In this document: in pieces, positions 1 through 8,311 of the stretch
How the letters are laid out: each line of letters starts with the position of its first letter
Position numbering within the stretch: position 1 is the first letter of the stretch
Position numbers and translations under genes: made by a program
Assembly (NCBI GenBank): GCA_041736175.1
Contig: JBGSUI010000149.1
Coordinates: 1 to 45,318 of the forward strand
Source of the DNA: Oligoflexales bacterium
Lineage (GTDB): Bacteria; Bdellovibrionota_B; Oligoflexia; Oligoflexales; CAIYRB01
Direction of reading: 5' to 3'
Length of the DNA: 45,318 nucleotides
The notes under the pieces: model-generated
Told to the model about the DNA's origin: nothing
The model's input: the letters and a program-made list of their open reading frames with translations, nothing else
Databases searched by the model: none

Positions 1-153
1 ACAGCCAGCGGAGGAGTTAAGGGCCCACCGGGTCCTGACCGCCCCTCCAGGACTCAAGTTGCACGCCGGAAACGGACATCAACTGAGAGCGAAGGACCGA
101 CCCCATGCAGATCCAGGTTTGCATAGGTTTTTCGGAGCGGCAGCCAAGCCCAA

Positions 154-579
154 ATGACTCTGTGGCCTGCACAAGATCCCTTTGTCGTTGGGATCCAATC
201 ACAGGGCAAACTTATTGGTCTCATTGGACTATTGCACTTGAAAAAGCAGGGTTCCTTGGTCTCGGGAGAGATCTGGTATATTCTGGAGCCAGAGTTTTGG
301 GGCCAAGGGTTAATGACCCGGGCGTTACAGCAATTTTTAATTGCATCATTTGTAGACGGAATAGGACCCCAAAAGTTGAAAGTAAAGGAGATTTTCGCAC
401 AGACTTTGACGACTAACTTGGGTTCTAACCGCCTCCTAGAAAAACTTTACTTTAAAAAGATCCGCAGTTGGTTTCCTACAGGTGAACTAGAATGGAATGA
501 ATACCAGCTAAAAATCGAAACAGCTTATCTGAAATATGCGCGACTTAAAAAGAATTTAAATGCTCCCTGTAAAATCTGA
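154..579 (+). CDS. GNAT family N-acetyltransferase (RimJ/RimL-like)
   Basis: Motifs GKLIGLIGL, EIWYILEPEFWGQGLMT and NLGSNRLLEKLYF. Short N-terminus. The ATG overlaps (ATGA) the stop of an open frame running from the window edge (2..157). Confidence 0.75.
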   Translation: MTLWPAQDPFVVGIQSQGKLIGLIGLLHLKKQGSLVSGEIWYILEPEFWGQGLMTRALQQFLIASFVDGIGPQKLKVKEIFAQTLTTNLGSNRLLEKLYFKKIRSWFPTGELEWNEYQLKIETAYLKYARLKKNLNAPCKI

Positions 580-635
580 ATACATTGGGGCATCTTGTGT
601 GTATATCGTTGATTAAACTATGGGGAGCCAGCCTG

Positions 636-1487
636 ATGTCTAAGAATTCTATTGATCAATCTCTATCCTCAATTTTACCTATGCCTAAAATCCTCTATGG
701 CACCGCCTGGAAAAAAGAGCGGACGGCTGATCTAGTGGAAAAGGCTGTCCTCGTGGGCTTCCGAGGTATCGATACCGCATGCCAGCCTAAACATTATCAT
801 GAGGCGGGGGTCGGTCAAGGGATTGGACGGCTGCGAGCCCAAGGTATCCAAAGGCAATCTCTTTTTTTGCAAACAAAATTTACTCCGATCGATGGCCAAG
901 ATCCGGCTCGAGTTCCCTATGATCCTATGGAAACTCTTGGCAACCAGGTGCTGCAATCTTTTGCGGTTTCCCTAAAAAACCTTGGCACGGACTACCTTGA
1001 TTCTTTAGTGCTCCATTCTCCCTTGTCTAGCCATGTGCAGACGATGGCGGTTTGGCGGGCATTTGAATCCCTGGTGGAAACAGGCGGAGTCAGGCAGCTA
1101 GGGATCAGCAACTGTTACGACCTTGCGGTGTTGGAGCGACTCTACCAAGACGCAAAAATCAAGCCTTCCATCGTCCAAAACCGGTTTTACCGCGAAACCC
1201 GCTATGATAAAACCCTGCGGGATTTTTGCACAGCAAGGTCGATAGTCTATCAAAGTTTTTGGACTCTTTCGGCAAACCCAGAGATCTTAAATCATCAGAC
1301 CGTCAAAGCTATAGCGAGAGATTTTAAAAAGACCGAAGCTCAGATTTTTTTCCGGTATGTGATCCAGTTGGGGGCAGTGCCCTTAACGGGAACATGTTCC
1401 GAGCAGCATATGCGAGAGGACCTGGGTATTTTTGAGTTTGAACTCCCTGAAGCGAGCATCCAAGCCATCGGCAAGCTATTGGCTTAA
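636..1487 (+). CDS. Aldo/keto reductase
   Basis: YGTAW, GFRGIDTA, LQTKF, DYLDSLVLHSP and LGISN motifs. Start taken at ATG 636 after GGGGAG (ORF track opens at 585). Confidence 0.9.
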   Translation: MSKNSIDQSLSSILPMPKILYGTAWKKERTADLVEKAVLVGFRGIDTACQPKHYHEAGVGQGIGRLRAQGIQRQSLFLQTKFTPIDGQDPARVPYDPMETLGNQVLQSFAVSLKNLGTDYLDSLVLHSPLSSHVQTMAVWRAFESLVETGGVRQLGISNCYDLAVLERLYQDAKIKPSIVQNRFYRETRYDKTLRDFCTARSIVYQSFWTLSANPEILNHQTVKAIARDFKKTEAQIFFRYVIQLGAVPLTGTCSEQHMREDLGIFEFELPEASIQAIGKLLA

Positions 1488-1515
1488 AAGACTTAATCAA
1501 AGCCCGCTGCAAAAC

Positions 1516-2364
1516 CTAGCAGCCTGCAGGGCCAACATCGCGATAGTCTGAAGTTTCCAGATCAATGTAGGTCTCTTCCTGACGACTCTCGTCGTGGAGG
1601 AATATTTTAGCTGCTAAGATTTTCCAGACTCCCTCAGTTTGACTGGTATAGCTGCCGCTACCCGTAGAATTGAGGGCAAAGACTCTAGAGAAGGACCCGT
1701 TAGCGCAGACTTTTAATTCGTCGTATTCGCTGTAGGAGGGCTGGTTGGCCTGTCGGCGCCAAAGGCGGCCGGTGAGCTTTTCTTGATAGGGTGAGATCGA
1801 TGGGTGTTGGAACGATAAGCTGTCAGCGATTTCCAAGACTTTTGCTTTGATATCCTCTTGAGCTGACGTCAGGCCTAAGATTGTTAGGCCAACTCCAAAA
1901 GACCCCTGCTGATGCAGGACAAAGGAGTCTAGCACATCGTTGTTTTGCGATAGGGTCTGATAGCGATTCGAGATGCGAACGCCAGAAACTTCTGGAATTT
2001 CTTGGGGAACTAACTGAAACCCGCCGATATTCATAGGAGCCCCCATTTCTGCGGCTAAAGCTTGCACCGGTCGGATCTGAGGAAATAGGAGCACGGCCGT
2101 ATCCTGACGACTGTCGTTATTGAGCGCAAGGCCCAATTTACCTGTATCCAAAGCTACAGACCATCCCGAAGGAACCGTCAAGCTGGCTCCCACTTCTGGC
2201 CATTCGTAGTTGCCGTTTTGTATAGTTTCTAAGCTAGCCGTCACCGGAGCTTCAGCGCCTTGATCCATGGTCATGGTTTGGTCGGTTTGGTGATTCGATG
2301 GGTGGGGGTCACAGGCGACGTTGCCCAACATCAAGAGGACAACGAGAATAACATATAAAAACAT
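1516..2364 (-). CDS. Hypothetical lipoprotein
   Basis: Signal MFLYVILVVLLMLGNVAC. GGAGGA RBS upstream of ATG 2364. Confidence 0.7.
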   Translation of the reverse strand: MFLYVILVVLLMLGNVACDPHPSNHQTDQTMTMDQGAEAPVTASLETIQNGNYEWPEVGASLTVPSGWSVALDTGKLGLALNNDSRQDTAVLLFPQIRPVQALAAEMGAPMNIGGFQLVPQEIPEVSGVRISNRYQTLSQNNDVLDSFVLHQQGSFGVGLTILGLTSAQEDIKAKVLEIADSLSFQHPSISPYQEKLTGRLWRRQANQPSYSEYDELKVCANGSFSRVFALNSTGSGSYTSQTEGVWKILAAKIFLHDESRQEETYIDLETSDYRDVGPAGC

Positions 2365-2548
2365 TTTAATTCCTCCTGAGCCGGGCTCAGCAACGCTCGG
2401 CACGTTTAGTTTTACGTCTACCCCAGATCATGGTACTTTGACAAGAAAAATCAGAAGGATTGCCAATACATTTCAAGAAAAAAATCAAGGTGTCAGCTTG
2501 CTTTTGCAACGAAGCGCTTATATTTTTTCCGAACGAGTCCAAAGGCAC

Positions 2549-2875
2549 TCAATGCCCATTGCCCGTGAGGGCATACTCTATCAAAATGAGGCGATCCAGT
2601 TCGGCGAATTCCCTTCGCCTAAACTTCTCCAACAAGTACTCTCTAGACTCTAGACCTTTCCAACCCGGAGCACATAGGGTTACCGCAAAGGCATCAACAC
2701 TTTGTTGTTGATTCCCCAATTGGGGCCAATGGGTCGTGACGACTTGGATGATATGGGCTTTTAAATCGTCTACATTAGCTAAAGCAGTGACGGGGTAGCT
2801 TGCGACTGCAAGCCCAACACCGCCGACTGCAAAATAGGAAAGAAAATCTCGACGATTGACCGGTGAATCGTTCAT
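2549..2875 (-). CDS. Small Tat-signal secreted protein (108 aa)
   Basis: MNDSPVNRRDFLSYFAVGGVGLAV...ALA twin-arginine signal. AAGGAG RBS at 2885-2890. Confidence 0.7.
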   Translation of the reverse strand: MNDSPVNRRDFLSYFAVGGVGLAVASYPVTALANVDDLKAHIIQVVTTHWPQLGNQQQSVDAFAVTLCAPGWKGLESREYLLEKFRRREFAELDRLILIEYALTGNGH

Positions 2876-2930
2876 AAGTCCTAACTCCTTTGATGATCCT
2901 TTGAAATTCACTTGTAAATGAACTGTATTC

Positions 2931-4700
2931 TTAGATGTTAATGCTCTGTGGTATCCGTGATGGTTTGAGATGCTGATAGGGTGTTCGTCGTGATCGATTG
3001 CGCCCATTGATCATATTTTCGGTTTTAAGTAGAACCTTTTTAAAATCGAGAAGGTGGGGCACAACCGCTAAGTTGTCGAAGGAACCGACGGCATATTCAC
3101 CAAGCTGGGTATAGTAGGTGTTCCCAAGCATCGTCAAGGTATGGGTTTGTTTAATCGCCCGATCTAAAGGCGGTAAAAAGTCGACAGCATCCTGTTCACT
3201 GTGGCCGAGTTTCCGAGGGGCAGCAGCATAGCCAGCCAGGGGTTGATAGGGGACAGCGGCCGCCTCAGCCTGGGGAAAATTCACCGCTGCATGTTGGGCC
3301 GAAGCTGTAAAAATGATCATGGTAAGGGTCTCGGCTAACACAGCGCGAGTCGTCATGCCACCCGTGGGCGTAAATCCTTGGATGGATCCCATCGCGGGAT
3401 CTTCAATTTCCCTGACCCAACTTTGGAGTTCCGCGTCATTTATAACATCTCCATCGGATCCATAGTAGACACCGATATAGCTCTGAACCCAGTCGTGGAT
3501 GGCCTGCCAAATCAACAGGGCATCGTCGCGATAGGGATATTCCTTAAGTTGACTTTGCAGGTCAACGCCCCGTGCGGTTAGCTGTGCTGGAAGGAATGCG
3601 TTGCGGAAATGAAACTCACGGCGGACTTTTTGGATCACCAAATAAGCTGATTCGATTTTTGACGTTGCTAGCTGCTCAACCTTGCCTCCTTGATTGATCA
3701 GCCTTTTGACGGCCAGGGCATTGATGGGAATCGTACCCTCAAAGTGTGGCATCAACAACTTCTGTAGAGGGTGGCAGCTTGGGAGCTGTCGATAGGTCGC
3801 CACCACAATGGGCTCGACCACCAGGTGAGTGAGGCAGAGGTGGCTAGCGACCTCGTGATAGTTGATATCGGAAATTTTGACGATGGTTTTGCCGATAAGC
3901 CAGCTCCATGGATTATCCTGAGGGGTCACAAGGGGAAATTCGCTGCGGTCCTGCCCGTACTGAATTCCTAAAACCTCGATATTCTTAGCCTGTTGGGGGA
4001 CTGCCAATAGGACTATGGGTGCATACACATATTTGTTTTGATCAGGATGGGTCCCAGGTTCCAGGGATTGAAGCAGATCGTAGTCAACGAGAAAAACTCG
4101 GCCCTCACTTAGAGCGTGTGATAGAGAGTCATGGCTAAACAAAGGATTTTTTCGAAAAGTCACTTCGTCATAGGCCAGCTTTTCGGGGATCTGCTGGATC
4201 GCGCGAAGCATGAGAGGGTTGATCCCGGAGACAAATGAATCGGCAAATTCACTATCGCTATAGAGCGACGCAGCATTTTTTGGGGATTTAAACTGCTTGA
4301 AAAGTCGCAAATAAGACTCAAAGGACTCAGGTCTTTTCCGCTCAGTCGCCACGCCCAAGTCTGGATCGCCATAGCCTAATAGGTTAATGAGGTCTTTTTC
4401 CAGCAGCATTTTGGCTATTTCGTAGGGCTCTTTATGGGGAAGCTCCAGTTCAAACTGGAAGGATTCCTCGTCCAGGAGTTTTTCCCAGTTGCGGCGGAGT
4501 TGGTATGCCATCTCAATGATTTTAAGGCTCCACCCTGGACCAGGGCGAGCTTCTTTTGGGACGCTTGCGGAAATTGGGACATCTAGGAGTGTGGTCCGAT
4601 CATATTGGAATTTTGTCTGCAAGTCTGTCAGTTCTTTTTGTCGCTGGTCCTGGTGCCTGTCGTTTTGCGGTAGCGATGGTTTTGTCGCCCAGATTTCCAT
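2931..4700 (-). CDS. lox: Lipoxygenase (non-heme iron)
   Basis: Complete H-x4-H-x4-H-x17-H-x8-H motif (HEVASHLCLTH...SCHPLQKLLMPH), YPYRDD, QHAAVNFPQ and C-terminal IPQSINI. Confidence 0.95.
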   Translation of the reverse strand: MEIWATKPSLPQNDRHQDQRQKELTDLQTKFQYDRTTLLDVPISASVPKEARPGPGWSLKIIEMAYQLRRNWEKLLDEESFQFELELPHKEPYEIAKMLLEKDLINLLGYGDPDLGVATERKRPESFESYLRLFKQFKSPKNAASLYSDSEFADSFVSGINPLMLRAIQQIPEKLAYDEVTFRKNPLFSHDSLSHALSEGRVFLVDYDLLQSLEPGTHPDQNKYVYAPIVLLAVPQQAKNIEVLGIQYGQDRSEFPLVTPQDNPWSWLIGKTIVKISDINYHEVASHLCLTHLVVEPIVVATYRQLPSCHPLQKLLMPHFEGTIPINALAVKRLINQGGKVEQLATSKIESAYLVIQKVRREFHFRNAFLPAQLTARGVDLQSQLKEYPYRDDALLIWQAIHDWVQSYIGVYYGSDGDVINDAELQSWVREIEDPAMGSIQGFTPTGGMTTRAVLAETLTMIIFTASAQHAAVNFPQAEAAAVPYQPLAGYAAAPRKLGHSEQDAVDFLPPLDRAIKQTHTLTMLGNTYYTQLGEYAVGSFDNLAVVPHLLDFKKVLLKTENMINGRNRSRRTPYQHLKPSRIPQSINI

Positions 4701-4735
4701 GTACTTAAACCCCTTAGCTTGTTAAAAAATCAAAT

Positions 4736-4754
4736 AACTGACCGTTGGTCAGTT
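4736..4754. promoter_or_regulatory. Palindromic operator AACTGACC-GTT-GGTCAGTT (candidate TetR site)
   Basis: Perfect 8-bp inverted repeat between divergent lox and tetR. Degenerate second copy ACTGAAC-GCC-GGTCATT at 4823-4839. Confidence 0.7.
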
Positions 4755-4886
4755 GAGTATCACCAGCCATTTAGCATGTCAATAGCGATCTTCCACGTCT
4801 AAACACTCTTAAATAAAAACACACTGAACGCCGGTCATTATAGTATATTGGCCTTCGGCCTTGGATTTTAAGGAGAGACATCGGCA

Positions 4887-5549
4887 ATGGTCAAAAAAAC
4901 GCGCGCCCTGAGCGAAGGGGATAAGAACCATAAATACTTGATGATTCTAGATACCACCCAGCGATTATTCGCTCAAGAAAGGGTGCTCCACACGATGGCA
5001 AAGATTGCCGACGAGGCTCAGGTCGCCAAGGGAACTCTCTACCTGTACTTTGAAACCAAAGAAGAAATTTACATGCGCCTTTTGGTGATGCAGTTTCGTC
5101 GCTGGCATCAGCAGCTACGTGATCACATCCTCGATCAACGACCTACTCTAGATGACTTTGTCACGTACCTCTGTCAGAGTCTGGCAGAAGTCACAGTCTT
5201 TTTGGATCTTATCGCCACGGCAGCTATTCTCCTGGAGGATAACTTACCAATCGATGTCCTTCGCCAGTCGCGCCTGTCCATGCGTCAGGAGAGCCTGAGG
5301 TCTGCTCAAGTGATCAGTCATAACTTCCATGCAACCGAATCACTGGGATATACGGAACGGGAGTGTCTCCTAAGACTCCGGCGATTTTATACCTATGGGA
5401 TTGGTTATTGGAAAGAATGCTTTCCTTCACCGATGGTCATCAAGGCACTTCCTGACGAATTTTCCGACGAAAAGACGCAATTAGAACAGTTTTTTCAAGA
5501 GACTCTCTATATGACTCGCTTGATCTGGACAGCATCGGTGGAGGGTTAG
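4887..5549 (+). CDS. TetR/AcrR family transcriptional regulator
   Basis: HTH TMAKIADEAQVAKGTLYLYFETKEEI. AAGGAG RBS. Confidence 0.92.
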   Translation: MVKKTRALSEGDKNHKYLMILDTTQRLFAQERVLHTMAKIADEAQVAKGTLYLYFETKEEIYMRLLVMQFRRWHQQLRDHILDQRPTLDDFVTYLCQSLAEVTVFLDLIATAAILLEDNLPIDVLRQSRLSMRQESLRSAQVISHNFHATESLGYTERECLLRLRRFYTYGIGYWKECFPSPMVIKALPDEFSDEKTQLEQFFQETLYMTRLIWTASVEG

Positions 5550-5624
5550 TACTCCAGACTATAACCAATTCGGACATCTGGGCCTTGGTGACATGACTAA
5601 CCGCAGTAGCAATAGGTCCAAATC

Positions 5625-5945
5625 TCAAATGAGAATTGTCCCCGTTGACTTGATTTCATGAAGAACGGGCGAAATTGGTAATGGATCAAGAAAATCCAGT
5701 AAGCTTATGGGTATAGCTTCGATATCGGGATGTATTTTTACTGCGATTCGGTTGAGGAGACTGCCCTCTAAAAATCGATCTCGGCCAAAATCGCTCGAAA
5801 TGACTGCTAGATCAATATCGCTTTGAGAATGGGCTAGCGCCTTACTATGAGAGCCAAACAGCACAATGCAATCGACGCGCACATGATGGGCTCGAAGCGA
5901 TGATCGCAGTGCAATAGCTAGCTGTTTAATTTCTCGAATATCCAT
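5625..5945 (-). CDS. Minimal nucleotidyltransferase (MNT, HEPN/MNT TA component)
   Basis: LFGSHSK and SDIDLAVIS (GS-x10-DxD) motifs, 106 aa. Confidence 0.85.
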   Translation of the reverse strand: MDIREIKQLAIALRSSLRAHHVRVDCIVLFGSHSKALAHSQSDIDLAVISSDFGRDRFLEGSLLNRIAVKIHPDIEAIPISLLDFLDPLPISPVLHEIKSTGTILI

Positions 5946-6040
5946 GCTTGCAATCTTTCTGTTTCCTTTAAATACTTTCTAGCCAAATCCTGAGTGGCCC
6001 GTTGAAATATTGTAAATTTTTCGTCAGGATACCTGGCCTT
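5918..6040 (-). pseudogene. C-terminal remnant of a HEPN-domain gene
   Basis: Hand translation gives KARYPDEKFTIFQRATQDLARKYLKETERLQAWIFEKLNS* (RYP motif plus terminal helix). It overlaps the MNT start, has an in-frame TAA immediately upstream and no start codon. Confidence 0.7.
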
Positions 6041-6467
6041 TTAGCATCATCTAATGACATAATTTGCTCCCACAATGGTCTGAGCACTGACTGAGCTACG
6101 ATAGGTGCCTGAGGCCATTTAGGCTAGATTTAAAGTTTAGCGCACATTGATAGACCTTACAAGAAGAGTATGCTCCCTTTAGCGTCGAAACCTAAATAAC
6201 CGCGCGAGGATCAAAAGCATTTTGCACGCCCTCGCCGATAACGTTAAGCATATCAATTTCCTATATTTATCCTAAAATGCCTACCTTTAAAAATGTACCT
6301 ATGTATACCCCAAAATCTATTAAACCATCTGAAATAATTAACTTTTTGGTTATGAAGCGGATGGAGTTCACCGTCTTAAGTGTCGAAAGATTGACCTGAT
6401 GGTGGCGATAGGTATGACAGGAGCAGGATCAAAAAACTTAAACCCTGAACATGACTAATGCATAATT

Positions 6468-6484
6468 TTGGACTGAATTTTGCT
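6468..6484 (+). promoter_or_regulatory. Candidate sigma54 (-24/-12) promoter
   Basis: TTGGACTGAATTTTGCT has GG-N10-GC spacing, about 110 bp upstream of the peptidase gene. Confidence 0.5.
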
Positions 6485-6595
6485 TCATTAAGATCACTGA
6501 CCTGATTTCTTTGCACGTTTTAGGGCTGCCATTTTGTAAACGAAAATCTATGTTTGATTCAATATTATTCTTTTTGCGAAGAGGTTAATTTGAAA

Positions 6596-8221
6596 ATGAT
6601 AAAAATAATCAATTTGTTAGGACCAGAAAAATTAGTGGTCTATTTGATTGCAACCAGTATCGTTCTCTCTATTTCGACGATAGCCTGTCAAAAGGACCAG
6701 AGTCAACAAGACTCCGATACGAAATTTGATGGCAACGCCAATACGCTGATTCAAGAAGCCGGACTTACGGACCAACAAATCAAAACGATTTGTCAGCAAA
6801 AATCGCTGGTCGTATTTGTAGGCAACGGAGATCAGGATGCCGTCGAAACCTTCGCAGCACTTGGTGGCAAAGAAGATCTCCTTAAGGAAAATAAAAATCA
6901 GTCCGAAAATTTCCATAGTAAATTCCTAGAAACCATCAAGAATGCCGCGGAAGGTCTGGTCAACGGGTTCAGCAAAACAGAGTGTGCCGATTCGACTGCT
7001 TACCTGGTGACGATGATCGACGGACCAGAAAAAAATGATAGCCAGATCGATTCCTATGAATTCAAAGCTGACTCCCAGCGAAATGTCACCACCAACAAAA
7101 AGTCCTTGCGTTTCAATCCTGACGGGGGCGGACAGTTAATCGAAAATACTGACCCCATAGAATTCGAAATAAGTTGGAGCAAGGATATTAACCAGCTTTT
7201 AACCAAAGCCTTCGAGCTATTCCCACAACACACCCAGGCTACGGTTATCTTCAAGACCCATGGCGGGATTATCCAGAACAAAGGGCACAAAGGTACAGCC
7301 TTTTTATTTGATATCCATGGTCGTGATGACTCGCTTCAGCTGAGTCGCTATCACACGCCAGCGTGGACGATTCCCGGCCTCCAGGAGATTTGCAGCCAGG
7401 AGAATCAGGCTGCTCAGCAAGACACCAAATCCTTTTGTGGGAAATATTATCCCTTTCACCAAGGCATCACACCTGGACAGGGCATCACTCCTGGACAGGG
7501 CATCACTCCTGGACAGGGTATCACTCCGGGACAGGGTATCACTCCGGGACAGGGTATCACTCCAGGACAGGGTATCACTCCAGGACAGGGTATCACTCCA
7601 GGACAGGGTATCACTCCGGGACAGGGTATCACTCCGGGACAGGGGTCAGCTCTACCGAGTCCAGCCAGCTGGGTAGACCAACCTAATCAAAATCTCTTTA
7701 CGGCAACAGCCACCCCCCTTCAACCCCAAGGATTTAGCCAAGTGGGTACTGGCGTGATTTATCAAAACGATCAAGAAATAAACGAACTTGGTTTTACGAC
7801 GCTGAGGATTCCCACCCCTCAACAAAAAACCGAACCCCTGATGCTGATCATGGATTCATGTTACCAAGGTGACGCCATCAGCAAGGCTGTTGCTAACACC
7901 GTCAAAGGCGGCGAGGAACGTCCTGTTGTCATCTGGCACAATACCCGCAGCCTTTACTACCATGCCCTTGACTACAGTTCCCTAGACGGAAGATTTTGGA
8001 AACGTTTACCCTACGTCGCCCATTGGGGACTCGGTGACGTGAACAGTTCTGACAAAATAGAGGCTCAGTCAGCCCTTAACAAACTCGTCGATTATATAAA
8101 ATCCCAGGCCCTCGACTCCCGAGCCTTCGTCAAAGCTTTTGATGATAAAGCACTAATTGACAAAGATCAGCTGCGAATGCAGATGTGTGTCGTCAAAGAT
8201 GGCAAATCCATCTGCAAATAA
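6596..8221 (+). CDS. Clostripain-like (clan CD/C11-like) cysteine peptidase lipoprotein with internal QGITPG repeats
   Basis: Signal ending TIAC. LVVFVGNGD, FELFPQHTQATVIFKTHGG (His) and LMLIMDSCYQG (Cys) occur in clostripain order. Start uncertain (6554/6590/6596). Confidence 0.6.
   Translation: MIKIINLLGPEKLVVYLIATSIVLSISTIACQKDQSQQDSDTKFDGNANTLIQEAGLTDQQIKTICQQKSLVVFVGNGDQDAVETFAALGGKEDLLKENKNQSENFHSKFLETIKNAAEGLVNGFSKTECADSTAYLVTMIDGPEKNDSQIDSYEFKADSQRNVTTNKKSLRFNPDGGGQLIENTDPIEFEISWSKDINQLLTKAFELFPQHTQATVIFKTHGGIIQNKGHKGTAFLFDIHGRDDSLQLSRYHTPAWTIPGLQEICSQENQAAQQDTKSFCGKYYPFHQGITPGQGITPGQGITPGQGITPGQGITPGQGITPGQGITPGQGITPGQGITPGQGITPGQGSALPSPASWVDQPNQNLFTATATPLQPQGFSQVGTGVIYQNDQEINELGFTTLRIPTPQQKTEPLMLIMDSCYQGDAISKAVANTVKGGEERPVVIWHNTRSLYYHALDYSSLDGRFWKRLPYVAHWGLGDVNSSDKIEAQSALNKLVDYIKSQALDSRAFVKAFDDKALIDKDQLRMQMCVVKDGKSICK
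7460..7645 (+). repeat. 10 x 18-bp coding tandem repeat (QGITPG)
   Basis: Units CARGGYATCACWCCNGGA, differing only at synonymous positions, plus a partial CAGGGG. Confidence 0.97.
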
Positions 8222-8257
8222 AAAGTGCAATAATCGTTTCTAAGTAGTCATATATCT

Positions 8258-8284
8258 TAAAGTTTTACTAAAAACCTCCGATCA
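8258..8284 (+). promoter_or_regulatory. Candidate sigma28 (FliA) promoter
   Basis: TAAA-N15-TCCGATCA, compared with consensus TAAA-N15-GCCGATAA. Confidence 0.5.
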
Positions 8285-8311
8285 TTACAAATGAAAGGAG
8301 GTTTGCTCTTT

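Noticed and set aside
2..157. Open frame from the window edge ending in an ATGA overlap with the GNAT
   Set aside because: May be a gene's 3' end, but it is truncated and has no recognisable motif.
6211..6241. Perfect GCCGATAA sigma28 -10 box
   Set aside because: The -35 spacing is poor and there is no nearby downstream gene start.
7460..7645. Tandem repeat as a CRISPR array
   Set aside because: Contiguous 18-bp units with no spacers, in frame within a CDS, and no cas genes.
7363..7686. Alternative-frame repeat ORFs (TGYHSG and DRVSLR repeats)
   Set aside because: Shadows of the 18-bp repeat. Substitutions are synonymous only in the QGITPG frame.
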